From positions 1-53,982 of the forward strand of contig JAVECL010000100.1 of the NCBI GenBank assembly GCA_051942245.1: 53,982 nucleotides of DNA, read 5' to 3'. This stretch comes from Trypethelium eluteriae (lineage: Eukaryota). The notes beneath the pieces are model-generated. The model saw only the letters and a list, made by a program, of their open reading frames with translations. It was not told the origin of the DNA and searched no databases. This document shows, piece after piece, positions 13,699 through 25,929 of the stretch (within the stretch, counting starts at the first letter, position 1; every line of letters begins with the position of its first letter). The translations under genes and the position numbers were made by a program.

Positions 13699-14454
13699 CT
13701 ACTTCCCAGCCTCCCAGACACTCAAACACATACCCAGCGTGCTCGCCACGAAGGAAAGAATCGTCATGGGCACTCTCACCGCATTCCACTTCCCCCACTT
13801 CATCACAATCTCCCTCATCGTCGCCCCCTCCGCCCAAACCCTCCAGTCTCGCCTCGCCGACTGCTTGAACGCGCTCGGGCTTGTGCCCTCCTCCATCACC
13901 CACTTCTTCTGCTCATCCAGCCCATCCGCATGACCCAGCTTCGCCTCCTGCCTGCCCTTCTCCGTCAACGGCGTCGAGAACGCCGGCGCCAGCAACATCT
14001 GCACCTTCCACTTCGCCGCCCCATTGATCTGCTTCTCCATCCCCGCCAGCGTATACGGCACGATAGCACCGAACGCCAGCACCGCCGCCGCGTGCGCGAT
14101 ACCTGCTCCGAGCGCCCATAGACTGCCGCTGCCACTGCCACTTCCAGCACCAACCCCTAACACTCCACTTCCGTACTCTCCAGCAGCAATCCAGCGGGCG
14201 AAAGCCCAACCTGCTAACGCCCCATTCGTTACCGTAGACGTGAGCAACAGTGGTGGCACGAAGACGGGACCGTACTGGTACGCGCGCAACCACTGCTTCG
14301 CAAGGCGGCGCTCGTCGTCGGCGTAAGCGAGCAGTGGGGGAAGTACTAGGACGTTATAGCTGTAAGTGATGGCGGCGTAGACAGCCGGAGCGGTGATGCC
14401 GAGGGCTTGAGCGAGAGGGACGAGGTGGATGGGTGACGGGAGGAGGGAAGCCAT
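13699..14454 (-). CDS. DUF1772 / anthrone-oxygenase-like membrane protein, intronless
   Basis: Four hydrophobic segments with LAKQWLRAYQYG, IVPYTLAGM..IN and the C-terminal REIVMKWGKWNAVR, typical of DUF1772. Confidence 0.75.
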   Translation of the reverse strand: MASLLPSPIHLVPLAQALGITAPAVYAAITYSYNVLVLPPLLAYADDERRLAKQWLRAYQYGPVFVPPLLLTSTVTNGALAGWAFARWIAAGEYGSGVLGVGAGSGSGSGSLWALGAGIAHAAAVLAFGAIVPYTLAGMEKQINGAAKWKVQMLLAPAFSTPLTEKGRQEAKLGHADGLDEQKKWVMEEGTSPSAFKQSARRDWRVWAEGATMREIVMKWGKWNAVRVPMTILSFVASTLGMCLSVWEAGK

Positions 14455-15784
14455 GTTGTCGTTGTAGCGTGGATGTTGGGACTTGGGACCAACCCGCAGG
14501 TCTCTGGAGTTTTGAAGAAGATTGGTGAGCGACGAGGACTTGGGGAAAGTTTTTTGAGCACAAGTATCTTAGGTCCTATGAGAGATCCTCGTACGAACGG
14601 TTGAAGGTGTGCCACACGGATGCTGGGTCAGGTAGGTGGTGCTTCACCCGCCGACCTCAGCTCAGTTGGTGAATAACTGTCCATTGGTGAATGGATGTTG
14701 AGGAGCGCCATGGCTCCCCCGTCAACCTGATGAAAAGCAATTCAACCGCACGTGACACGTCACAGAATTCAGTCCTGAAGCTGGGAGTGGCGCGCGTGAG
14801 ATGATTGAGGGAACTCAAATCTCCAAATTCTAGGTCAGGCATCGGCACTCGAGAGATGTTACGCCGACGTTCAATGGGAGACTCTCCACAGTGGAGACGC
14901 ACCAGACGTACTCCGTACCTGCAGCTGAGTTTCACAACATAAGGTACCTAGGTAGGTAGGTAAGGTACCTATCTTAGTTTGCGGTGCAACATGATCAAAA
15001 TGCCCGAATTATGGATTAGGTTATCTGATCGCTAGGTACAGAGCCATTATCTCCTCCACGTGTCGTTACTCTCATGCCCCCAATAATCGCTATGTTCTCT
15101 GGTTAGGATACAAATGTAACGTTCAACCTCGTTCAGCTTCAACATCCACATCCCCAGCCAAGACGAGGTCAAGAAATAGTAAAGAATGAGCTCGGATACA
15201 GAGCCATTGCAGATATCATCCCGCCGGTCTCCCTCTGATTCCAAAGTGGAAAGGGCTGAAACATCGCCCGTTCCTAGTATTATCGACATAGTTGATTTCC
15301 CGAAGCTGACAAGAATTAGAAAGACCACGTGCAAGACAGATGCATGAGAACAAAAATAAAAAGAAGATGCCAGGAAAGCTCAGACCGGACAAGGTTCCCC
15401 AGAACAATCCGAGTAGTATTGTCCGTCGATCAAGGGGTAATAAGACAAGCGAGCGAGCGAATTCTACACTGTCTCCAATCGATTCTCACCTTCACCATTC
15501 CATTTAATCGTTCTGTAGATGCTGCCAAGTTGAGATGCCAGAAGCTCTCTTTTTCGTTCTGTGAGGTTATGCCTTTTCTGCGTAGTCCAAAGCGATCAGG
15601 GCGATCGCGGAGAAGAACCAAATTCAACGCGCACCGGTTGACATTGGTTGTACGTGGTTTGAAATATCGTAGGCGATGTATTCCCTTTGAAAGATTTCGG
15701 AGATGATGGTAAAGCGATGGTTGTAAGCATATGGTCCAGGGCGAAGTCATAGATCGGTCCGTTTTTTAACGCAAGAGTTACTGC

Positions 15785-18563
15785 CTAGCAGCGATAAGCA
15801 CCTCCGTAGAGAGCGCGCATACCACCAGAATTGTAGCTGCCACCACGGTTCAGCGGGAGTCCACCGGGAGGTCCGGGACGGGTTGAGGAAGCAGGGTTGC
15901 AGCACAGCATGGCCACGCGCGAACCATATTTTGAACCACGTAGAGAGACCATGTGTTTACTGCCATTGAAAATGAGTTATGTGGTTTCAACAGGGTATTA
16001 GAAAAAGGCGTACCGAACATGTTGAGCAACAACTTCTCGATGAGCTGGATCAGCGTGGGTCAAGATGTATTGAATTAGATAATTTCCAAATTGATCGCCG
16101 GCGACTACACAGATGTTAGTGGGAATCAAACAAATGTTGGCTAGGTAAAGACTGACTATCAATAAGCGGCATCCGAGGGCGATCATGACGACCTTCGGTC
16201 ACACGTTCGAGATAACGCTCAAGGAAGGCTGGGCCGCCAACCTTCAAGCATTTCTCAACCACTTTGGATGCAAATTGATCCGTACTATATTCTGTAGCGA
16301 AACGGAGAACGTGGTCGATGGCGCGACTGCGGTCGGCAGGGGCCCCATGTTCGCAGATGTGCTGGATGCACCAATTGCCGAACTGACCGTGTGCGACAAC
16401 ATCAATGCTTGCAAGGACCTCATTGATACAGGGTCGCTGACAATGAAAGTTAGTAAAGCTACTGAAATAAGGCCGAGAAGTGAATTTACCTTGTCTTCTT
16501 CAAGGCAGTTCTCGAAAATGTTCTGCACGACTAGGCTGCCTGTTTCTCCAAGAGCGACTTCGTGCCACATTCCACACAGCGCTTCGTTGACATAGCACAT
16601 GATCAAGGGTGGAGAATCACTCCATCGAAGCTCAAAGAGTTTTTGCCAGACATGGCATGCGTAGCGATGGATGACTGTTTCGGGAATGCGGTTAAGTAGC
16701 TCGTGTACCATGCTTGCCTTGTACTCCTCCGGTACTGCATCAAATGCTTTCTGTACGACATGGCATCCGAATGCATCCATGCTTAAATTGAGTGTGTTGC
16801 CGCGGATGGCCTTCGCAATGGCAATGATTTGCTCTGGGGTACCATGCTCGAAGCAACGCTGAACGAGAAAGTTGCCAAAGCGGTTGACCATAAGCGAGTA
16901 GGCTTGCCCAATGATGGCCTGGACAATCTCATACTTCTGCTCGGGAGTGCCAACCTTGAGCTTCTGCTGAAGAAAGATGGAAGCCTGTTGGTCATTGTTG
17001 CAGACGATTTTGTCGACGATGTATGTCCAGTTGCAGTTCATGTTGCGGTCGAGCAGGCGTCGATAGTTGAGAGGCTCTACTGTTGGCATGTAGGTCGGTG
17101 CAGGTTCTGCAGGTGGCTACACAGGTTTAGTGGACGATCAAAGGAAGGAGAAATTGAAACTCACCCCAGGGTTCCATGGTGTTGGAGCAATATTGCTGGC
17201 ATTGAATTCAGACGCCGTCGGAGAGAGCCGAGTGCCAATGGGACGAGGCAAGTACGACGGGACAGGTCCGTACGTTGATTGAATCGATTCAGCGTTATAT
17301 GGGGTGATGGGAGGATTGGGATCCATTTTTCCAGACCAGTTCATTTGCGTCGGCGCAGACGCCCATGCGCCATTCGATGCTGATCCAAAGTTTGAAGCCG
17401 GACGGCCTGAAGCTTGGTTTTGCCGACGGAGGCTCTGATTACCGCCAAAGCTCCCAGGTTCAGTAACGACAAAATTGCCACCGAATTTGTCAGAACGGAA
17501 GTTCATGGAGCGTTGACAATGTAGAGTGGGAATGAAAGGAGGCTGGTTCACCTCGGGGGCGATGTTCCTGTCGTTCCAGGCGCGATTCGGGCCAGGCGCT
17601 GCGTGCTGTTGGTCAAGGAACAAGGGAAAGGACTGGTCAGCGGGTTTGGGCTGGCTGATGCCAAGACCTGGCTTGCCCCAGAGGTGATTGTTAAGCGGAA
17701 TGCCGGCAGCGCCCAATGGGTCGGTTATATCAGAGCGTGCATCGTCCTGCTGAGCCATCCAGGTTTCGGTGCGAACAAGATTGGAGCGGGATGATGCCGT
17801 CAGCGGTCCATTGAGATCAGGTTGAAATGGGTCGTATGTACGACTTCCCATCGCCTGGTCAAGCGTATGTTTCGTGATCCGAGTCTGTGTAAGTTCCTCA
17901 TCCATTTTCGCAATTCTGCTGTTGGCTGCGGTCAATTCCTCCCTGAGACGACGAATCTCATCATCTGAATCCTTTGCCGAATCATTGCTACCATCTTCTG
18001 TCTTTGGTGTTGTGGCAAGCATTTCGGTGTCAGGTGTAATGCCAACCGAACCCGCAGGTGAAGCGTCGGAATACTGTAGAGAAATCGGAGAAATTCCTGA
18101 GTCAGATGCCTTTAGCTCTTGTTGCTGCTTCTTCAGTAACTCCTGTTGCTCAGATAGTCCCGCAAGGATTTCGACGGTAGGCTTATCTAGCTCTTGTCCA
18201 CTGGAACATGGGGCCAAATTAAGCTTTTGGTCCTACCTTCATTAGTCAACTTCGGACTACGAATTCTCAAAGACTTACCTTAGATGTAGCCCAGAGAGGA
18301 GCTAGTTGGGGTCTGTTGGCAAACTTGGACGTTGTCAACTGAACGCGGCCCTCATTCTGTGCCGAAGAGTTGTTTCCCCTTGGCGCCTTTGAAAAGTCAG
18401 ATCGTTCCCAAAACGTCAATGTCCGTCATCAATAGGTGACATGGAAAGGACAAATACTAACCTGGATAGTAGAAGCAGTTGAGGTCAGTCCTGGTTCATC
18501 TTCATAGACAGAGATCCCAGTCATAGGTTTGCGGCGGGCTGGGGAACCATTGAAGGACATCAT
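15785..18563 (-). CDS. Pumilio/PUF-family RNA-binding protein (fungal meiotic PUF, Mpf2-like), multi-exon
   Basis: Low-complexity and coiled-coil N-terminus, then PUF repeats NDQQASIFLQQKLK, NRFGNFLVQRCFE, DAFGCHVVQKAFD, HRYACHVWQKLFE, ETGSLVVQNIFE, GQFGNWCIQHI, DQFASKVVEKCL and DQFGNYLIQYIL. Last exon KHMVSLRGSKYGSRVAMLC..YRC, stop at 15785. Confidence 0.92.
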
Positions 18564-19343
18564 CTTAGAGGAAGATGTGGTTAGGCTTTCACACCGTCTT
18601 AGAATTCTTGAATCTGCAAGCCGAAGGGTACAGTGAGCCGAATGCAGGAAGTTTCTGGTTAGATGGAGTCTAGTATACTGCACTGAGACGCTGCTTGGGT
18701 TCGACTTGTTGGTCAATGTCAGAGATTGGTACAAGTTCTGACAATGTAGATTGTCGACTGAGATTTGAAGAAGTGAAAGGGGGGAAGCGGGAGACAGCAA
18801 AGTCGCGGTCACGGTATAGGTAAACAATGAAGAATATGGATCCACGCGTGCAAGAGCGGTGGAGTGATTCGCGTGCTCGAAATGTGGTCTGCAAGCCGTT
18901 GCTTCCGAGGAGCGGCGGAAAGAAATTGCAGTGGCCAATCGAACGGGTCAATCCAAGCATGGAAGGCGTCCGCAGCTCAAAACTGAAGACTTGGTTCAGA
19001 AGGTGCAAGGTCGGGCGTGGGGTGGCGGGTAGATGTTGGAGGAAGAAGAGGCTGGGAGTGGAAAGCGCACAAGGGAGAGACACAACAATCACTCCCAACA
19101 CTCCAAACCGCAACATGCCCAAACGCGAACTCAAACGCGACCTCATCCCTCTCTCTCACGAAGAAGTGGATACCTTATCTCATTTGGTAGAAGTCGCGTC
19201 ACCCGTTTGCAGGATGCCAAGATATTCTGCATATACTGTACGCGGTAGTTTAGATACGTTCTAGTTGCCTAATATGCTCGCGTTATCATCGGCCACCAAG
19301 CGAAGACTAGGTAGGATAGATTCGTCTGATAGAAAGCTCTTGC

Positions 19344-22263
19344 CTATGATATGAATGAGGACCGAGTGGCTTTCCACTCGTGATCAAAGAAGCCCATAGC
19401 GAGGACTCCATCCGCTCCCTTCCAGGTACACCTTTGGTCGAACAGAATAAAGTCCGGCTGACCAACCCCTGTTAACATAGGCACGAAGCGGGCTGCAAAG
19501 CGCAGAGCCTCTTCGCCGGTACCGCAGATGGTTAATGACAGTCGCTCGCTCTCCAACGGACTGAGAAATATCCCACCAAAGCCCCAAGACCCCACTGGAG
19601 TCTCATAACACCTCCGACGTCCATCATGCAACAAGAGTGAGGCTCTGAAATGGCCATCTTCGTCTATGCGCTGCAGCTGCAGGAAGTCATCCCGCAGGTG
19701 GTGATATCGCGATAACGAGCCAGCATGATGGAGCTCAGGGCCCGGCAGGGGTGGCATGAGATAAATCTCAATGACATTTCCGGAGCCCGTGGCTACTTTT
19801 TTCGAATTGCTTGAAATGATGGTGTCAGCACCAAAGTACTGATGGAGGTTGCGCGATACCTGCAGCGCAATGTCCGGAACAGTGCCAAGCAGATCACGGA
19901 TCTCCAAAGTGCCTTGACTCCGCAAGATAGCTTCCATTGGACCTAGCTGACGTCCAGACCTCTTCTCGGCATCGTCTCCTGACAAGCTAGAGGACTGGGG
20001 CAGAGCAATCAGCAAACATGCCCACAAAATGAACAAGGGCACCTCTTTCGGGGTTCTTTATGATGATCAGTATGCCAGAAGACTTACCGCCCATTTGCCC
20101 TCTGGGTTTCGGAACCACACAGTATTTCCTCCACCATTACTGTCCTGCTGCCAGCCATCTATCACGATTGATGTCCAACGGTGGTCGTCGTGTATCCGGA
20201 AGCTAAGAATGTTGGACGTAGCAATAAGACAACGAGAACCATCAAAATCGACATCGATTCGGCCATACTGGTCAGGAGACTCCAGCTGCAAAACAATGAT
20301 GCCGTTCTTAGAACCCGTATCAGCCGGATTAGCAACAACGAGACTGAATTTCTCGGACTGCGACTGCTGGTCCAGCCGGCTCGATTCGAGCCGTTCGCCT
20401 GGTGTAGGCAAGTTAGCTTTGTAGAAGTTACGCATGGGCTCAGTCGTCATGATGCCATCGAACCAATGCGTTTCGCCTGGAAGTTCGAAGTAAGAAGAGC
20501 GCCCAACAGCTTGTTCGATGTATTCGTGCATGGCTCGCGAATGCCACACCGGCACATTATCATCTGCACTGCCATGTTGCTGGATGATCGGAATGCCTTT
20601 CAAGTTGTCTGCGAGTAACTCGTGACGATAGCTATTCAGAGAAGCTTGCAATATACCCTGTCGTTTTGGATCCATGCTCCGCCACGTGCCATAAGGCACA
20701 TATGATTGAATCGAGAGATATCCTGAGACAGGGGCAAGTGCGATGACATTATCGGGTCGATGAGTAGCAATGTACCACGAGCCTTGTCCACCGTTGGAAT
20801 GGCCGCTTACGAGCCACTTCTCAGTGTTTGCGCTAGGACCCTCCCAGTGCACAGACTGAATCCAGGATGGAATAGCTTTTATGGCTGCTTCCACGTCCGA
20901 AAAGCCCCAGGTATGCCAGTCATCTCCACTCCAAGGAGTCACGCCGGTCGGGAACAGGGTCCAGGCGCAGAGGTCCGGGACTGGATCAAGTGCATGAGCC
21001 ACCATTTCATCTTCCGCTTCCAGACCAGCGCCATGAAGCTGAAGCAGGATAGGCACTGACGACTTGGAGGCCTCTGAACAAAGTTTCTGAGCTTCTTTGC
21101 TTGGCGGCCGTAGCATGGCGTATGATACGATACCTCCCGGATGCATAAAGGTCATTTTCTGAGGCTCATACGGGGACCGACGCTTGACTTCTTGGGACAG
21201 AGTGAAAGAGGACAAGATCTCTTCATTGTCCTCAGACGAAGGTAATTCGTACGACACCAGCACTTCAAGGCGAGAAGCAAAAGCGCCTAGGGTCTCGATC
21301 TCGAAAGCAATCGGCCTAGCTTGTCCAGGCGCGAGATGAATCTGTGAACCACTCACCATACGTATCGAATAATAAGGCTATCTAACCATTTAGCCAAAAT
21401 CTCACGGCGGAGCATTCATCATGATGGAAACAAGATTGTACAGGTCCCCTTGCAAACGCATGAGATGATTACTTACATTTGCAGATGAGATCTGTGTGAT
21501 ATTGACTGCTCTAGTGTCCGTATTCTGCAGTGAGACAGATGCAAGCGATCCAGCCAGGACGCCGTCAACGTAATCGGAGACCAGAATCTTGGACACAGCA
21601 TCTAAAGGTTTGGCAGGAACTTTCAGCTCTAGATCAATGTCAATACTCGGACCGTTCTCGCCATAGCCACCTCCCATAGCCCTAAGATCGCGAACGAGAC
21701 GGATGTCCAATTGATGCGTTCCAGGATCTAGATGAAGCACGACTGGTGATCGCCGAAAGCCGTAATAGTCTCCACCGAAGAGATGTTCGTCATCAATCCA
21801 GAACTCCAGCACATTATCGGTATACAGAGCTACGGTCTGGCTAGTCTGCGTGTGTACTTCTATTTCACCCCGTGCCCAGGCCTGGTATTGAAGCGCGGCC
21901 CAGCCAAAAACAGCTTGCTGAAATTTCCAGTCTATGTCCGGGAAAGCGAAGGTAATGGCCCGTTTAGCTGGTTGCTCCAGAGGGTAGGCAGAGTCAACAA
22001 TAGCCCAGGAGACAGATCCGTCGGGTGCTAAGGAACTGGAAAAGCGAGCCTTGTTATCATACTTCAACGCATGAAAGCCGCCATGATACTCAAGAGGGTC
22101 AGCTCCCCAGGTAGCCTCTACGCCGTCTCGTCAATTGATGATCCAAACACCGCAGAGATAAAGAGGATTCCGTGCCTCGGGTGCCAATTTGGAAAGGTCC
22201 AAGAACCTTCCATTGTGTGGAAAATGCTATTGTTGTAGATCCCATTTCATCTAGATCTGGCAT
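19344..22263 (-). CDS. Large conserved fungal alpha/beta hydrolase with a peptidase S9-like domain, multi-exon
   Basis: N-terminal WKVLGPFQIGTRE, LHGAGLEA, nucleophile elbow GHSNGG, Asp in HGSADDNVP, His in HWFDG, and C-terminal PMLTGVGQPDF..GVLAMGFFDHEW. Canonical introns join the ORF segments. Confidence 0.85.
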
Positions 22264-22833
22264 GATGCGTTGAAATTCGAGCGGATGGCCTGCGCTGGAG
22301 CGACAAATGTACTTAAACAGGCAGCACACGACGCTTCACAAATCCATCAGTGGGTGTGACAAGGACGCCCTACCGCAGCGGCAGCGGGGGGCGGGGCCGT
22401 GAGTATGTAGAACGAGACGGTTTACGGTGAGACAGTTGACGTTGTTGATGGCATAAAAATCACACTAGCCTTTCCCGTGTTATGCCCAAATACCCAAATG
22501 ACACCATCCGCCCCCTAGCTCAGCAATTAACCACCCTGGGTATCTTCAATCACGCTCGTTTCAGTGTTTTAGCTTGACGATAGTGTTCAATGATTCTTTC
22601 ACTACGTCAGCCCCTCTCTTCCCGAATCTCGCCAGTGTCTTGACTTCTGTTCAATCGAACCCGGCCGTTTTCGTTGTCCGCGTCAGCTCCGCCGTCAACC
22701 ACGCTCAATTATCCGCAACGCCGCCCGCTCTCACTGCTACCCAGAGACAGCCATGAATTGAGAGAGGTAGATCTGCATTGCCTTATGGCTTCGATCCGCG
22801 CATTTAAAGGACGCAATCGAAGCGCTTTCCGTC

Positions 22834-24552
22834 ATGGCAGCTCTTGAGCGCCGCTCCTCTTCTCAAGCCAGAGTACCCACGACCAAGTTCCCCGATTTCT
22901 CACAAGAGCATATTGACCAGTATGCGGAGACAGCGACGCCACGCTCTACTCGATCACCTAGTCCCGGTCCCCTTCCCTCAGGACCTTCGAAGCTCCATTC
23001 CTATCAGCGGTGGCAACCGCGTCGAGAAAGTAGCATAGGCTGGGCGAACGGCAACCCTCGAGGCCACGTCAAACGGAAGAGCCTCACTGAAGCAATACAT
23101 AATGTCAGAACGAGGAGACAGAGCGTAAGTCAGAACGCGCACGAGATTGCAGATGCTTTGAAAGCGCCTGTGTCGATGAAGCTGGTAGTATGTAAACAAT
23201 CCACCCAGGCTGGGAAATACCCCCACTAACTCCTTTCCAAGGTTCTTTGCTGTGCATGGTTCATGATGTCAATCCTCTCAAACACCTCCTCAAAGTCCAT
23301 CCTGATTGCCTTTCCGAAACCGGTTACACTTACCCTCGTCCAATTCGGCTTCGTCACGTCGTGGTGTCTCGTATCAGCATGGCTCGCACATCAATTCCCG
23401 AGAATCAAATTGATGGCGCCCGTCCTCAAGCATCAAATTCGCTCTCCCACGCGCCAGCTAATCCTCACCACTCTTCCCCTCACTGTCTTTCAGATCGGCG
23501 GCCATATTCTTAATTCCGATGCCATGTCGCGCATCCCGGTCTCTCTTGTCCACACAATCAAGGGTCTATCGCCACTCTTCACCGTGCTTGCCTACCGTAT
23601 CATCTTCCACGTTCGCTACGCAACCGCGACATGGTTCTCGTTGATACCGCTTACTGTGGGAGTCGTGATGGCCTGCTCCGCCAACTTAACAGCAAACTTT
23701 ACCGGACTAATTTGCGCCTTCGGCTCCGCGCTTCTCTTCGTCACACAGAATATCGTCTCCAAGAAGCTGTTCAATGATGCTGCAAAGGCAGAAGCGGATG
23801 CTACGCAACCGGTCCAGATGCGGAAACCAGACAAGCTAAACCTACTCTGCTACTCGAGCGGCCTAGCATTCGCGTTCACTGCGCCGTTGTGGTTATTCAG
23901 TGAGGGGTTCTCTATCGTGGCGGATTTTATGGACGATGCATCGGTGGAGTTGTCGAATCGGCCTGGACGACTCGATCACGGCCGCCTTGCTCTCGAATTC
24001 ATCTTCAATGGCACTTTCCACTTCCTGCAATCTCTCGTCGCTTTTGTCCTTCTCGGCATGGTATCTCCGGTCACCTACTCCGTCGCGAGTCTCATCAAAC
24101 GCGTTGCGGTGATTGTCTTTGCTATCGTCTGGTTTGGAAACAGCTTCACGAACATCCAGGCTCTTGGCATTTCCCTCACGTTCGTTGGCTTATATCTCTA
24201 CGATCGCACAAGCGACGCTGCGAAGCAGGAATGGAAAGCTCGAGAGAGAATGGATAAGGTGGAACCGCTCCTTCCCCTCAACACCAATGTGACAAGAGGA
24301 AAGGAGGACGCGCCGCCACCGAGCGCGGTGATAACTGAGACGCCTGCGAGTACGACTTTTGCGCCTACGAACGGATACGCGAACGGGTATGTCAGCGAAG
24401 AAAAGAGGAACGATTCTCCGTTGCCTCAAAGAACCCGGTCTGGAAGCCAGGCCACGGGCGTGCTTGGTTGGTTACCGCCAGGCACGAAGCAGGAGGAAAC
24501 TTGGAATCCACAGGATGCGGCCAGGGTGAATGGCGCAGTCCCTGTGGCATGA
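22834..24552 (+). CDS. Triose-phosphate transporter / SLC35E1 family transporter (Sly41-like), one intron about 23189-23241
   Basis: LKAPVS, SNTSSKSIL, PVTLTLVQFGFV, IPVSLVHTIKGLSPLFTV, QNIVSKKLF, DKLNLLCYSS and SPVTYSVASLIKRV. Confidence 0.92.
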
Positions 24553-25815
24553 CAATCTATGCTATGGTTTCTTTGGATGGAATATCTAGAGGGGCATTTG
24601 TATCGGCGTCTGGCTTCTCGGTCACATATGTATGGATATCCGAGATAAATGTGATGAATGTGTATTACAACAGACTAACGATGAGTGTCGCGAAGTCTCT
24701 CGCCTGTAAGCACGGGATCTGGGGTAAGTTCCTACCGAGCTAAGTACCGCTTCGTGTTTGAAGAACCTTTGTACGACATCTACTGTCTGGGAAGTCTCTC
24801 GATAAGATGATTCCTTGTCCAAGTGAACGCTCCTACTGAGACGACAACAGGAACCACGGAACACTCCCTCTTTAGGGCCCAGGTGGCAGCTACAGAATAC
24901 ACCAACTTGTCATCTGTCCAAGTGTGCTGTTATAGGTGGTCGATATTTTGCCCTTTACGTGGTGTGGGAGACTTGCAGCAATACTTGCTTCAACATGTGT
25001 ATTCGAGATGCGCTGGACGCGGTAGTAAATTCCGCAATGTCCCTCGCTCGTCCATTCTGCTACGGAACAGGTTGTGCTATCGGATAGATTGGTAAGTGCC
25101 AAGGCCTTCAATTGAGGCATTGACCCACGGAATCGTGGAACGAGCTGAATCTGGAAAGCAATCTTTAAATTACGCAGTAGAGTTGATCTTGCGCGCTCTG
25201 GAGATGTTATGTTTCTGTTGTACTGTTTACTCCAGGCATTGCAAAGAACCTTAGTGTGCAAAAGTGTTGGTAGCTCCATAGATTGGGCTAGAATCGATAC
25301 GTAAATAACGTTCAAACACGGATGAGTTTGCGGGGTTAAGACTTACCTCTACTAGGTAGAAGAGTACTGTAGGTATCGGTTAGACATTCGTCTATGTGGG
25401 TAAATCTGGCAGCCCATTCACCAGCGCATAGAATACACCAACACCAATTAGTCAGCCAGATTGAACCCCTAATGAGAGAGTTACTCCATTGCGTAACGTC
25501 GGACCTGAAACTTACCTTTCGTCCTCTTCTTCTTTAGGTGATCTCTCTAGCTCCTATTGGCTCGTCCTTGGTGGTGTAGATCCCTGACCAAAGCGGTATA
25601 GACCACTTCAGGGACTTCATCTCCTTAATTCCCGAGGTCATTAAATAGTCAGCTATAGCTATCTGGAAACAGCAGTGTTTCACCCTGATGTAGCTGCTGC
25701 TGCAGTTCGATAATTGACGTGTTACCACACTGTCATAACCAACCCCTTTACCATGGTGCGCGAGATTGTCCAAAACCCTGGGTTGCGGGGAAAACCTCCA
25801 CTCTGGAGTACGATA

Positions 25816-25857
25816 TACGTCCGGCCCACCTCCTGCAGGCCACCCTCTCCTGCAGGC
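25816..25857 (+). repeat. Left terminal inverted repeat of the pogo/Fot1 element
   Basis: TACGTCCGGCCCACCTCCTGCAGGCCACCCTCTCCTGCAGGC matches the reverse complement of 27924-27965 at 36 of 42 positions. Confidence 0.9.
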
Positions 25858-25929
25858 TCTCCACATCCTACGCTCCACCCTTTCAATTTATTATAGCTCC
25901 ACCACCACTTTATAGAAAATTGCGATAAT

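Noticed and set aside
14941..14973. AGGTACCTAGGTAGGTAGGTAAGGTACCT quasi-palindrome, plus scattered TACGGAGTA/TACTCCGTA motifs (about 3032, 12547, 14909)
   Set aside because: Short motifs commonly seen in intergenic DNA of filamentous fungi. No array, spacers or element structure.
18564..18938. Open frame extending 125 codons upstream of the PUF ATG from a TTG
   Set aside because: Could be a non-AUG extension, but its composition looks like a pyrimidine-rich 5'UTR. It cannot be supported without conservation or ribosome profiling.
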